This document shows, piece after piece, positions 28,123 to 37,431 of a stretch of DNA of 64,000 nt; position 1 is the stretch's first letter; each line of letters opens with the position of its first letter. The notes under the pieces are model-generated. The model was given only the letters and a program-made list of their open reading frames with translations, did no database searches and was not told where the DNA came from. The position numbers were made by a program, and so were the translations under genes. The DNA is from an uncultured Gemmatimonadales bacterium (lineage in GTDB: Bacteria; Gemmatimonadota; Gemmatimonadetes; Longimicrobiales; RSA9): contig CAWCUU010000002.1 in NCBI GenBank assembly GCA_963798855.1, forward strand, positions 1,364,567 through 1,428,566. Reading direction: 5' to 3'.

Positions 28123-30543
28123 ATGTCGGACTTTCGCATGGAGCTGCGCTCGACCCTCCGCGGCCTGTCCCGCGCGCGAACGCTCGCCGCCGCAGCGGTG
28201 ATCTGCCTCGCCCTCGGGATCGGGGCGACGACCTCGATCTTCACCGCGGTGGACGCCGCGCTGCTGCGCCCGCTGCCCTTCCCGCAGGCCGAGCGGCTGG
28301 TGAACGTCTTCCGGACGACCCCACAATTCGACAGCGGTCCGTTCTCGCCGGCGACCTTCCTCGACCTCCGGCGCTCCGTCGGTTCACTTTCATCGCTTTC
28401 CGCGGTGACGTCGGGCTCGGCGCTGCTGCAGGTCGGTGAGCACGGGCAGAGGATCTCGAAGGCGCGGGTGTCGGACGACTTCTTCTCGACGCTCGCCGCG
28501 AAGGCGCTGCACGGACGCGTGATCCGGCCGGGTGACGACGACCCGGCGGCCGATCCCGTCGCGGTGATCACGGAGGAGCTCTGGCGGGAGCGGTTCGGTG
28601 GAGACCCCGGCACGGTCGGGCGGCGAGTCCGCATTGACGGCGAGAGCCACGAGATCGTCGGTATCCTGCCGCCCGGATTCAAGGTGCCGAACGGCAGCCG
28701 GGTGTTCCAGCCCGACGTATGGGTGCCGCTGCGTTTCACGCCCCAGCAGGCGGCAGGGCGCGGCAACAACTTCCTGATGCTGATCGGACGGCTCGGGTCG
28801 CGAGCGGATGTCTCTGCTTCGAATGCCGAGCTCCACGGCATCATGGACGGGATCGCGAGCGAGAACCCGGACCTGCAGGGCGAGCAGGTGCGGGTAGTCC
28901 CGTTGCAGGCGGCGTCCGTGTACGCGATTCGAGGGCCGCTGCTGCTGCTGCTGGGCGCCGTCGGCTTCGTCCTGCTCATCGCCGCGGCCAACGTCGCGAG
29001 CCTGTTGCTGGCGCGGGGTCTGGCGCGCCGCGGGGAATGGGCCGTCCGCTCCGCGATGGGCGCCGGCTGGGCCGAGATGCTACGGGCCACGCTGCTGGAC
29101 AGCGCGGTCCTCGCCGTCGTCGGGGCCACAGCCGGCATCGGACTGGCCTGGGCGGGAGTCAGGCTGATCGGAGCGCTGGTGCCGAGTGGGCTGCCGCAAC
29201 TGGTCGAGCTCCACGTCGATGCGCGCATTCTCGCCTTCGCGCTCGGACTCGCGGCTCTGGTCGCGCTGGTGTGTGGGACCGTGCCCGCGCTGCAGGCGCA
29301 GCGCGTCGCGCCCGCCGATGCGCTCCGGGGTGAAGGCCGTTCCGGGAGCGCGGGGCGCCACCACCGGCTGCTCCGGGGCCTGATCATCGCCGAGGTCGCT
29401 CTGTCTCTTGTGCTGCTGCTGGGGGCGGGGCTCGTGCTGCGCGGCTTTGAGCGGCTCGTCAGTCAGGATCCCGGCTTCGATCCGGTGCCGCTGCTTACGC
29501 TGAACGTGGATCTCGCCCCGGATCGGTACCCGGACGGCGGTACGGCCGAGCGTTTCCTGCACCCCGCCCTGGAGCAGATCCGGGCGCTACCCGGAGTGCA
29601 GGAGGCGGCGGCGATCTCACTGATCCCGTACACCGATTGGGGCTGGAACTTCAACATCCGCTACGAGGGGCAACCCGTCGAGGAGCGCACCCGGCTGCCG
29701 CTGGTCGAGACGCGCATCGCGACGCCGAGCCTCTTCGCCACGCTGGGCATGCGCCTGGAGCGCGGGCGCCTGCTCTCACCCGCGGATGATGCGTCGCCGA
29801 ACGGGCCAACGGTCGTCGTCGCAAACGAGGCGCTGGCGGCGCGCGATTTCCCCGGGCAGGATCCGATCGGAAAGCGATTCCACACCAGCGACACGACGTT
29901 CGCGACGATCGTGGGCATCGTCAGCGACATCAAGAACCTGGGTCCCGACAACCCGCCCTCGCCGGAGGTCTATTACAGCTACGCGCGCGGCTGGTCGAGC
30001 AGCACCAGCTTTCCGCTGATCGTACGAGTCCAGGGCGATCCGTCGCGGAGCGCGCGCGCGATCGAGAGCGCGATCCACACGATCGATCCGACGGCGGCGG
30101 TGAGCGCGGTCCGGCCGATGCGGCAGGTGATCGAGGAGTCCGAGGGGAGACCGCGCTTCTACCTCGTGCTGATCGGCGTCTTTGCCGGCGTCGCCCTCCT
30201 GCTGGCGCTCGCGGGGCTGTACGGCATCACGAGCTACTTCGTCGAGCAGCGTCGCCACGAGCTCGGGATCCGCTCCGCCCTGGGCAGCACCGCCGGCCGC
30301 ACGGTCGCACTGGTGATGCGGCAGGGGCTCGGGCTGGTCGTGATCGGCGGCATCGTCGGACTGGCGGGGGGAGCCATGCTCACCCGTTTGTTGTCCGGAC
30401 TGCTGTACGGGCTGAGCCCACTCGATCCGGTGACGTGGCTGGTCGTCAGCGCGGCCCTGTGCGTCGTGGCCGCGCTCGCCATCCTGGTCCCCGCCCGCAG
30501 AGCATCGGCCGTGGATCCGCTGGTCGCGATGCGCGCCGATTAG
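28123..30543 (+). CDS. ABC transporter permease, ADOP/FtsX duplicated-permease family
   Basis: ~806 aa with two FtsX 4-TM modules separated by periplasmic MacB-like domains. Start taken at ATG 28123. Confidence 0.85.
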   Translation: MSDFRMELRSTLRGLSRARTLAAAAVICLALGIGATTSIFTAVDAALLRPLPFPQAERLVNVFRTTPQFDSGPFSPATFLDLRRSVGSLSSLSAVTSGSALLQVGEHGQRISKARVSDDFFSTLAAKALHGRVIRPGDDDPAADPVAVITEELWRERFGGDPGTVGRRVRIDGESHEIVGILPPGFKVPNGSRVFQPDVWVPLRFTPQQAAGRGNNFLMLIGRLGSRADVSASNAELHGIMDGIASENPDLQGEQVRVVPLQAASVYAIRGPLLLLLGAVGFVLLIAAANVASLLLARGLARRGEWAVRSAMGAGWAEMLRATLLDSAVLAVVGATAGIGLAWAGVRLIGALVPSGLPQLVELHVDARILAFALGLAALVALVCGTVPALQAQRVAPADALRGEGRSGSAGRHHRLLRGLIIAEVALSLVLLLGAGLVLRGFERLVSQDPGFDPVPLLTLNVDLAPDRYPDGGTAERFLHPALEQIRALPGVQEAAAISLIPYTDWGWNFNIRYEGQPVEERTRLPLVETRIATPSLFATLGMRLERGRLLSPADDASPNGPTVVVANEALAARDFPGQDPIGKRFHTSDTTFATIVGIVSDIKNLGPDNPPSPEVYYSYARGWSSSTSFPLIVRVQGDPSRSARAIESAIHTIDPTAAVSAVRPMRQVIEESEGRPRFYLVLIGVFAGVALLLALAGLYGITSYFVEQRRHELGIRSALGSTAGRTVALVMRQGLGLVVIGGIVGLAGGAMLTRLLSGLLYGLSPLDPVTWLVVSAALCVVAALAILVPARRASAVDPLVAMRAD

Positions 30544-30595
30544 GAGCGCGGATGCGGCTTGCGCGGCGGCTGCGGCGTGGTTTCCTTTTCCTGCG

Positions 30596-30829
30596 ATGCA
30601 CCTCTTCTGGATCCTGCTCGCAGTCCTCGCCGTCATCGGGGGCGTCATCGGCGTCGAGCGCGTCCGCTCGGCTCGATACAGACGCCCTCACATCACCGAC
30701 GACATGATCCGCCGCGTCGAGGATGACGGCGAGCTGTGGGTCGAGGACGAGGAGCCCCTCGACCTGGAATCGATCCGGGAGGAAGAGGAGAGGTTCTTCG
30801 ACGACTGGGACGAGATCGAGGAGTGGTGA
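30596..30829 (+). CDS. small membrane protein with an acidic C-terminal tail (77 aa)
   Basis: One TM (LFWILLAVLAVIGGVIGV) followed by a DE-rich tail. Hypothetical. Confidence 0.4.
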   Translation: MHLFWILLAVLAVIGGVIGVERVRSARYRRPHITDDMIRRVEDDGELWVEDEEPLDLESIREEEERFFDDWDEIEEW

Positions 30830-30830
30830 G

Positions 30831-31334
30831 CTAGTTCGCCGTCCAGAAGAGGATCGCGCCACACGGGCTTGTGGAGCCGGAGTAGCGTTGCGGGATCCCC
30901 TGCGCCGAAGCGTACACCTCCAGCCCCGACAGCTCGTCGGGCGACAGCAGATCGTCGACCGAGCCCGTCGCGGATCCGTAGCCACCCTGCTGCACGACCT
31001 GGCCATCCAGGACCAGCGTCGGATAGCAGGTGCCCTGCGAGGACATGGTTCTCGCGCTGCGCATGATCGCCGTGGCGCCAGCTCCGGCCGGCATGGTGAC
31101 GATCTCGACTCCGCGCATGGCCCGCAGCAGGTCCGAGATCCTGCGGGCGTGACGATCCGCGATCTGCTCTGGCGTCATGTAGCTGCCGGCGTGCTTCGCC
31201 ATGCGGGCGTAGAAGCCGACGCGCTCCAGCCCCGGATCGTGGGCCGGCTCTGCTGCTGCGGCCTGCGCAGCGGCGCGCCCCGGCAGGAGCAGCGCCACCG
31301 CGGCGATCAGGCACAGCGTTCCGCGGGCGCTCAC
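30831..31334 (-). CDS. secreted hypothetical protein (167 aa)
   Basis: Signal peptide MSARGTLCLIAAVALLLPGRAAAQ. Non-junk composition. ATGA-type overlap with the flotillin gene stop. Confidence 0.5.
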   Translation of the reverse strand: MSARGTLCLIAAVALLLPGRAAAQAAAAEPAHDPGLERVGFYARMAKHAGSYMTPEQIADRHARRISDLLRAMRGVEIVTMPAGAGATAIMRSARTMSSQGTCYPTLVLDGQVVQQGGYGSATGSVDDLLSPDELSGLEVYASAQGIPQRYSGSTSPCGAILFWTAN

Positions 31335-32671
31335 TTCGGCACGGACCTGAGCGGCCCTCGGTCGTCCTCGGGGGGGAGCGTGGTGGCAGTCACGGCGTTG
31401 CCGTCGCCGGCGCGGCGGGCCGCCGCCTGCAGCAGCGACTCGACGTCGATACCGAACGCCGATGAGAGCTGCTCGACGAGCGCGAGCGTACCCCGGAAGC
31501 GCTGGCTCGCGACGTTCGCGACCCCGTCTCCGTTGCCGCCGTCGACCACGACCATACGGTCGATGTCGATCCCCTCGATGGCGCCCGATGCGAGCTCCAT
31601 CAACCGGGGCAGCTTCTCGGCGATGAAGACCTGGAAGCCGCGATCGCCGCCTTCGCGGATCGCGGAGAAGAGCAGCTGCAGCACCTGGGATTGCGCTCGC
31701 CCCGTCTCGAGGATCGGCGCGGCCATCGCCTTCGCGCGCGCCTCGGCCGCGGTGCGCTCGGCCTCCGCCGGCGTGATGACGTCCGCGTTGAGGCGCTCGC
31801 GCTCGGTCTCCGTGCGCCGCTTCTGCAGATCGCGCTCGGCCTCCACCTCGGCGCGCTCGGCCAGCACGCGGGCGACCTTGTCGGCGGTCTCCGACTCCTG
31901 GCGGAGCTGCGCCTGCCGCACCTTCAGCTGCGTCTGGGCTTCCGAGATCTGGATCTGGGCCTGTGCCTCCGCGACCGCGGCGGTCTGGTCCGCGGCGGCC
32001 TTCTTCTGCCGCGTCTCCGACTGGTTCTCCGCCTCGGCCACTTCGGCGTCCTTGATCACCTGCGCCGTCTTCTTCCGGCCCATCGCCTCCAGATAGCCGA
32101 CCTCATCGCTGACGTTCTGGATCTTCAGCACATCGAGCGAGAAGCCGAGCTTCTTCAGGTCGTTCTCGGCTTCTTCCGCCAGGTTCTGCGCGAACATGAG
32201 CCGGTCCTCGTTCACCTGCTCGGGCGTGAGCGTCGCGAGCACGCCGCGCAGGTTGCCCGTCAGCGTCTCCTTCGCGAGTCCCTCGATCTCCTCCGGCAGC
32301 TTGTCGAGCAGCCGCTCGACCGCGTTGTTGAAGTCGGTCTCCGGCTCCGAAGCGATCTTCACGTTTGCGATCGCCTGGACGCTGAGCGGGATGTTCCCCT
32401 TCGAGAACGCGTTCGAGACCGTGATCTCGAGCGGGATCGTCTCCAGCGAGACGTACTGCACGCTCTCGAGGATCGGGATCCGGATCGTGCGTCCGCCGAT
32501 CACCGCGCGATAGCCGACGCGACGACCATCGCTCAGCGAGCGACGTCGCCCGGTGATCACCGCCGCGCGGTTCGGCGGCACGATGATGATCAGGTTCCTG
32601 ATCGTCCAGATGACGACCAGCAGCGCGAAGAGGACGACGAGACCCGCCGCCATTCCAAAGGTCTCGATCAT
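31331..32671 (-). CDS. flotillin / SPFH (band 7) domain protein
   Basis: N-terminal TM, SPFH domain and a long Ala/Glu/Gln coiled-coil flotillin region. Confidence 0.9.
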   Translation of the reverse strand: MIETFGMAAGLVVLFALLVVIWTIRNLIIIVPPNRAAVITGRRRSLSDGRRVGYRAVIGGRTIRIPILESVQYVSLETIPLEITVSNAFSKGNIPLSVQAIANVKIASEPETDFNNAVERLLDKLPEEIEGLAKETLTGNLRGVLATLTPEQVNEDRLMFAQNLAEEAENDLKKLGFSLDVLKIQNVSDEVGYLEAMGRKKTAQVIKDAEVAEAENQSETRQKKAAADQTAAVAEAQAQIQISEAQTQLKVRQAQLRQESETADKVARVLAERAEVEAERDLQKRRTETERERLNADVITPAEAERTAAEARAKAMAAPILETGRAQSQVLQLLFSAIREGGDRGFQVFIAEKLPRLMELASGAIEGIDIDRMVVVDGGNGDGVANVASQRFRGTLALVEQLSSAFGIDVESLLQAAARRAGDGNAVTATTLPPEDDRGPLRSVPK

Positions 32672-32682
32672 GGCCGGAGCTC

Positions 32683-33348
32683 CTACTCTATAGGTGAATC
32701 GAACGGCGATACGAGGGCGGTGCCCTCGCGCATCTCCACGATCACGACCTGCTTCCAGCCTTCGCTGGATACATCCTCGGAGCCGAACGGCTTCGCGCGC
32801 AGCTCGTACTCCCGTTCCCCGCGCCGGACCAGGATCCGACCGGAGCGCGCGGCGCCAACCGGCAGGACGACCCTCGCCGGTAGCCCGACGAAGCTGCTCT
32901 CGTCCTCGCGCTCCCCCGCCTCCGTCGACCGGACGTAGCCGAACGTGATGACGCTCACTGCAGCGGCCAGCACGCCGCCCAGAGCGCTCGCCGCGACGTC
33001 GACGAACGGATGCGCGTCGAGTCCCGAGTGCGCGAGAACCAGCCCGACCGCGCCGAAGCCGAACAGGAAATACGTGATCGTCCGCAGCGACAGGATACGC
33101 GCGGCCTGCATGTCGTGCGCGCTCGCGTGCCCCGCGGCCGCGCCATGGGCGCCGGCCGTCACGTCGCTCAGCTCGCCATCGACGCCGGCGTCGCCCACGA
33201 TGTCGACATCATGGCCGCCGAGCCCGAGATCGGCGTCGTGGCCGCCGATGCCGACATCCCCGCCGTGGTCGCCGAAGAAGTCGCCGATCAGCGAGACCAG
33301 CAGCATTCCACCGCCGACGATGAGCGCGAACCAGTAGACGGCCTGCAT
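32683..33348 (-). CDS. NfeD-family membrane protein (partner of SPFH proteins)
   Basis: ATG 33348 (MQAVYWFALIVGGGMLL...) at the C-terminal end of spurious ORF 32683..34476. TM segments plus a C-terminal OB-fold-like NfeD domain. Sits 12 nt upstream of the flotillin gene. Confidence 0.8.
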   Translation of the reverse strand: MQAVYWFALIVGGGMLLVSLIGDFFGDHGGDVGIGGHDADLGLGGHDVDIVGDAGVDGELSDVTAGAHGAAAGHASAHDMQAARILSLRTITYFLFGFGAVGLVLAHSGLDAHPFVDVAASALGGVLAAAVSVITFGYVRSTEAGEREDESSFVGLPARVVLPVGAARSGRILVRRGEREYELRAKPFGSEDVSSEGWKQVVIVEMREGTALVSPFDSPIE

Positions 33349-33447
33349 GCTCGCCCAGCCGCGTTGTGAAGAGATGACGAGAGGAAACGTCTGTACGGAA
33401 AATCGCGGAACGGCGGTGCCCGGGCAAGGTCGGGTGGCCGAGATCGT

Positions 33448-34978
33448 GTAGCATTGAAGTAGAAATGTCCTAGCTGAGTGAAGTAGAAATGTCCTCCTTC
33501 GGGATCTGTTCGAATACGTTCGGGCGGACCCTGCTCCCGGAGAGAGGACGTGCTGAGCTTGAGCCAGAGTGATCGTGATTACCTGTTCGTCCTTCGCCAA
33601 GTCCAGGATCAGAAGCTGTCGGTGAGCGAAGGAGCTCGCCGACTCAGGCTTGGAGTGCGGCACATGCGGCGTCTCGTCCGCCGATTCGAGAAGGAAGGGG
33701 ATGCTGCGGTGATCCACCGGCTTCGTGGGCGGCCCTCCAACCGGCGCGTGAAGGGTGAGGTTCGCGTTCGAGCGCTCCAGAAGGCCCGTGAAACGCTCTA
33801 CAAGGACTTCGGACCCACGCTTCTGAGCGAGCACCTCGCGCGCGATCCGGTGATCGGGTCGATCCACCCTTCTACGCTGCGGCTCTGGCTTATCGCGGAC
33901 GGGCGCTGGGAGATCACACCCCGCAAGCACAAGCACCGCAGACGAAGGGAGCGGCGCCCCTGCTACGGCGAGCTCGTGCTCATGGACACCTCGATCCACC
34001 CCTGGCTCGAGGAGCGCAGCACCGAGGAGATCGTGCTCATCGCAATGATCGATGATGCGACGAGTCGCCTCTACGCCCGCTTCTTCCCCCGCGACACGGG
34101 AGCCGCAAATCGCCAACTCCTCATCGACTACCTCCGTCTGCACGGGCGGATGGGTGCTCTCTACACCGACCGTGCCGGCCACTTCGAGGTCCACTTCCGC
34201 GCCTCCGAGAGGCGGGAGAAGGACTTGGAGGCAGGGCTTACCCTCATCGAGCGTGGCCTCGCTGCTCTGGAGATCGAGCTGATCCGCGCCCTCTCTCCTC
34301 AAGCCAAGGGACGAGTGGAGCGGCTCTTCGGCACACTGCAGGACCGGCTGATCAAGGAGATGCGCGTCGCCGGGATCTCCAGCCTGGAGGAGGCGAACCG
34401 CTTTCTTCAGGAGGTCTTCATTCCGTTCTGGAACGAGCGCTTCGTTGTCGAGCCAGCCCAGAGCGCAGATGCGCACCGCCCGCTCCCCGGAGACGCCGAC
34501 CTCCTACGCCTGTTCGCAGAGACTGAGGAGCGTGTCATTCGGGCTGACTTCGTCTTCCGCTACAACAGCCGCTACTTCCAGATCGAAGCGGACGAGGCGG
34601 ACGGCGCCATGCCCAGGAGGCGGCTGACGATCGAAGAGCGCCTCGACGGCACGACGCACTTCCGGTGGCGAGGGCGCTACCTGCAGCCGACCGCTCTCGC
34701 GGCGCCTCCACAACCGAAGCAGACCACGGCGCCTGCGTGTCCGAAGCCCCATTTGGCGACTGGCGCTGCAGACAGGCCCCCGGCCGCTGACCACCCATGG
34801 CGCCGATTCCCCGTCCTGGTCGGCCGAGGCCGCATGCGCACTTCAGTCGTGGCCGCCGCTTCGCTACGGCCCGACACCCACGTGGCAGCAAAGACGCCAT
34901 CAACATCCACGAAGCCGGGGGGCACCTAGGACATTTCTACTTCACTCAACCCTAGGACTTTTCTATTTCACTCGAACA
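33448..34978 (+). mobile_element. insertion sequence (~1.53 kb), ISNCY(IS1202-group)- or IS481-like, single transposase ORF, flanked by an 18-bp direct repeat
   Basis: Ends carry tandemly duplicated ~22-bp terminal repeats (left: GTAGCATTGAAGTAGAAATGTCCTAG + CTGAGTGAAGTAGAAATGTCCTCC; right: CTAGGACATTTCTACTTCACTC + CTAGGACTTTTCTATTTCACTC). TCGGGTGGCCGAGATCGT occurs immediately outside both ends (33430-33447 and 34979-34996). The ends have lower GC than the host. Confidence 0.8.
33550..34929 (+). CDS. IS transposase (HTH + DDE/integrase-core type)
   Basis: N-terminal HTH (LSVSEGARRLRLGVRHMRRLVRRFEKEGDAAVIHRLRGRPSNRRV) typical of ISNCY/IS481-type transposases. Followed by a DDE core. Confidence 0.85.
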   Translation: MLSLSQSDRDYLFVLRQVQDQKLSVSEGARRLRLGVRHMRRLVRRFEKEGDAAVIHRLRGRPSNRRVKGEVRVRALQKARETLYKDFGPTLLSEHLARDPVIGSIHPSTLRLWLIADGRWEITPRKHKHRRRRERRPCYGELVLMDTSIHPWLEERSTEEIVLIAMIDDATSRLYARFFPRDTGAANRQLLIDYLRLHGRMGALYTDRAGHFEVHFRASERREKDLEAGLTLIERGLAALEIELIRALSPQAKGRVERLFGTLQDRLIKEMRVAGISSLEEANRFLQEVFIPFWNERFVVEPAQSADAHRPLPGDADLLRLFAETEERVIRADFVFRYNSRYFQIEADEADGAMPRRRLTIEERLDGTTHFRWRGRYLQPTALAAPPQPKQTTAPACPKPHLATGAADRPPAADHPWRRFPVLVGRGRMRTSVVAAASLRPDTHVAAKTPSTSTKPGGT

Positions 34979-35106
34979 TCGGGTGGCCGAGATCGTCGGG
35001 GGCCGCGCCCGTCGTCACCCGCTCGATCGTGTGCGAGGCCGCGGCCGTCATCCGCCGCCGTGGCCTCGCGCGAGATTCGGAGTGGGTGGATCGCTGCAGC
35101 GACCTG

Positions 35107-35658
35107 CTAGAACTTCACCTCCGGCACTTCTCGCTCGGTCTCGGGCGCCTCGAAGAACTCGCGGGGCTCGAAGCCGAAGCTGTCCGCGATGAGGTTCGAA
35201 GGGAACTGCTCGATTCGGGTGTTCAGGTCGCGCACGACCGCGTTGTAGTAGCGTCGCGCATTCTGGACGGCTTCCTCGATCCCGGAGAGGGAAGCCTGCA
35301 GGCTGGAGAACGACTCCACCGCACGCAGCTGCGGGTAGCTCTCGGCAAGGGCGAACAGCGACTTCAGGGCTCCGGTCAGCACGTTCTCGGCCTGTGCGCT
35401 CTCCGCGGGACCGCTCGCCTGCATCGCGGCTGCGCGCGCCCGCACCACCGCGTCGAGCGTGCCCTTCTCGTGGGCCGCGTAGCCCTTCACGGTCTCGACG
35501 AGATTGGGAATCAGATCGTGGCGGCGCTTGAGCTGCACGTCAATGTCGGACCACGCATTGTCGGTCCGTACCCGCAGGGAGACGAGCCGGTTGTACGTGA
35601 CTATGGCCCAGCCGACGACGAGGATCACCAGAATGCCGACGAACAGGAAGCCGATCAT
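35107..35658 (-). CDS. LemA family protein
   Basis: N-terminal TM and the conserved LemA core (YNRLVSLRVRTDNAWSDIDVQLKRRHDLIPNLVETVKGYAAHE). Confidence 0.9.
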   Translation of the reverse strand: MIGFLFVGILVILVVGWAIVTYNRLVSLRVRTDNAWSDIDVQLKRRHDLIPNLVETVKGYAAHEKGTLDAVVRARAAAMQASGPAESAQAENVLTGALKSLFALAESYPQLRAVESFSSLQASLSGIEEAVQNARRYYNAVVRDLNTRIEQFPSNLIADSFGFEPREFFEAPETEREVPEVKF

Positions 35659-35749
35659 GGTCGTTCCGGGTTGGGGGCGCTCGGTGAGGGAACCTCCGCT
35701 GAAAGATAGGGGCCGCGGATGAGGACCGCACGGGTGACGTCGGCGCTGA

Positions 35750-35930
35750 TACTGCGAGGCGCTGACTGCGAGGCGCTGACTGCGAGGCGCTGACTGCGAG
35801 GCGCTGACTGCAGGCGCTGACTGCAGGCGTTCACCACAGGCGCCTCGGCGTCAGCGCCTTCCTTCGACGCCTCGCCGCCAACGCCTGCTTTCAGCGCCTT
35901 CCTTCGACGCCTCGCCGTCAGCGCCTTACA
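35750..35930. repeat. palindromic GGCGCTGAC array: five forward CTGCGAGGCGCTGA units, a central spacer, then reverse-orientation GTCAGCGCC/GACGCCTCGCC units
   Basis: ACTGCGAGGCGCTGACTGCGAGGCGCTGACTGCGAGGCGCTGACTGCGAGGCGCTGACTGCAGGCGCTGACTGCAGGCGTTCACCACAGGCGCCTCGGCGTCAGCGCCTTCCTTCGACGCCTCGCC...GTCAGCGCCTTA. Between the saccharopine dehydrogenase stop and the LemA start. Confidence 0.85.
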
Positions 35931-37056
35931 CCACGTCGTGCCGCCAGGCGACGCCGCGCTGACGCAGGTGGTCGACGACGAAGTCGAGGCAGCCGGGCTC
36001 ACGACCGATGTATTCGGGCGGCGAGATGCCTGGTCTCCGGTAGCGGCCTTCGGCCAGCAGTCGAACCGCCGCCGTGCAGGTGTAGCCCGTCGTGCGGGCC
36101 ATCGACGATATTCCGGTTGTGCGATCGTGGCGGTCGAGCAGACTCCAGACGTGTCGCACGGTCCGGCCGTCCGTTCGGCCGTCCACCTCCACGCGCATCA
36201 CGGTCAGGTCTTCTTCCCCCTCACGGAAGCTCCACGCCTCGAACAGCAGCGCGGCGGTGAGGTCCAGCGGTCGGACCTCGGCCGTGCCGACGCGCAGCGG
36301 GGCCTCGGCGAAGAATCCCGTTTCGCTCAGCATGCGCATCCGCTCCGCGTGGCCGGGATAGCGGAGCGTCTTCTCCACCATGTCGGGCACCTCCGCGGTA
36401 TAGAGCAGCGTGCGGAGGCCGTCGGTGTTGAACGCTTCCAGTGTGCCGACACCGTCGAAGTCGAGCAGCTCCACCTCCGATAGCGCCGGCAGCGTGATCT
36501 CCTGCCCGCCGCGGCGGATGCGGGCCGGCCTCGTGTATTCGGCGATGACGTCGATCGGCGAGAACGGCGCCCGGTACTCGTAGGGCCAGTGCCGCACGCT
36601 CGGAAGTCCGCCCACGACGCAATGGAAGCGCTCCACCGCGTCCAGCTCCCGCTCGAGGTCTCCGAGCACGAGATTGCTGAAGCCCGGCGCGACGCCGCAG
36701 TCCACGATCGCGGTCCGCTCGACCTCGCGCGCCAGCGCGTCCAGCTCGAAGGCGTCCTCCTCGAAGAATGAGATATCGACGATGTCGCGCTCGGCCTCGA
36801 GCACGCGTCGCACGGTCTCGAATCCCATCGGCCCCGGTACCGCGCCAACGACCAGCTCGTGCGCTGCGACCGCCCGACGCAGCTCTTCGCGGGCGGAGAG
36901 GTCCAGCCGCTGTCGCTCGAGTCGGGGCACGTCGCTCAACCTCGCGAGGGCGCGCTCGGAGATATCCGCGACGGTCACCTCGAAGGCGTCGCTGCCGGCG
37001 AGGTCCCGCGCGATCGCGGCGCCGACCCGTCCGGAGCCCAGCACGATCACTCTCAT
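35926..37056 (-). CDS. saccharopine dehydrogenase family oxidoreductase (NAD(P)-binding)
   Basis: Internal ATG 37056 (MRVIVLGSGRVGAAIARDLA, Rossmann GxGxxG) with GGGAGA upstream. C-terminal Sacchrp_dh domain. Confidence 0.85.
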   Translation of the reverse strand: MRVIVLGSGRVGAAIARDLAGSDAFEVTVADISERALARLSDVPRLERQRLDLSAREELRRAVAAHELVVGAVPGPMGFETVRRVLEAERDIVDISFFEEDAFELDALAREVERTAIVDCGVAPGFSNLVLGDLERELDAVERFHCVVGGLPSVRHWPYEYRAPFSPIDVIAEYTRPARIRRGGQEITLPALSEVELLDFDGVGTLEAFNTDGLRTLLYTAEVPDMVEKTLRYPGHAERMRMLSETGFFAEAPLRVGTAEVRPLDLTAALLFEAWSFREGEEDLTVMRVEVDGRTDGRTVRHVWSLLDRHDRTTGISSMARTTGYTCTAAVRLLAEGRYRRPGISPPEYIGREPGCLDFVVDHLRQRGVAWRHDVV

Positions 37057-37221
37057 GTCGTCTCCCGTGGCGAGGAATGCATCCGTGCCGGAGCATGTGG
37101 CCGCGCCGTCCTCGCGCGCAAGCGGGCCGTCTGGCATGTGCCCTAAGTGGCGTGACTATTGCACTTACAATGGGCACCGACCGTTAGAAGCCCGTTTTGG
37201 ACCGGAACCACGGGAGTCATC

Positions 37222-37410
37222 ATGCTGAACCGCATTGCGACCATGATCGGATACGCGAAGGCCCCCCGAGCGACCTTCATGGTGAAGCACCCCGTCAAGG
37301 GAACGAAGGCGTTCACCGCATACTACGGCCTGCGCAGCCGCCAGACCGCCGCCCTCGCCGCCGCGGCGCTCGCCGTGCCCGTCGGGGTGTGGCTCCTCGC
37401 GAGGCACTGA
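37222..37410 (+). CDS. small hypothetical protein (62 aa)
   Basis: ATG 37222 preceded by GGGAG (MLNRIATMIGYAKAPRATFMVKHPVKGTKAFTAYYGLRSRQTAALAAAALAVPVGVWLLARH). Leads the operon that contains the DEAD/CSD gene. Confidence 0.35.
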   Translation: MLNRIATMIGYAKAPRATFMVKHPVKGTKAFTAYYGLRSRQTAALAAAALAVPVGVWLLARH

Positions 37411-37431
37411 GTCGATCGGCGCCGACGCGAC

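Noticed and set aside
30831-31334. Possible TonB-dependent-receptor plug-like domain in the 167-aa secreted protein
   Set aside because: Only vague motif resemblance (LVLDGQVV...LSGLEVY). Too short and too weak to call, so left as hypothetical.
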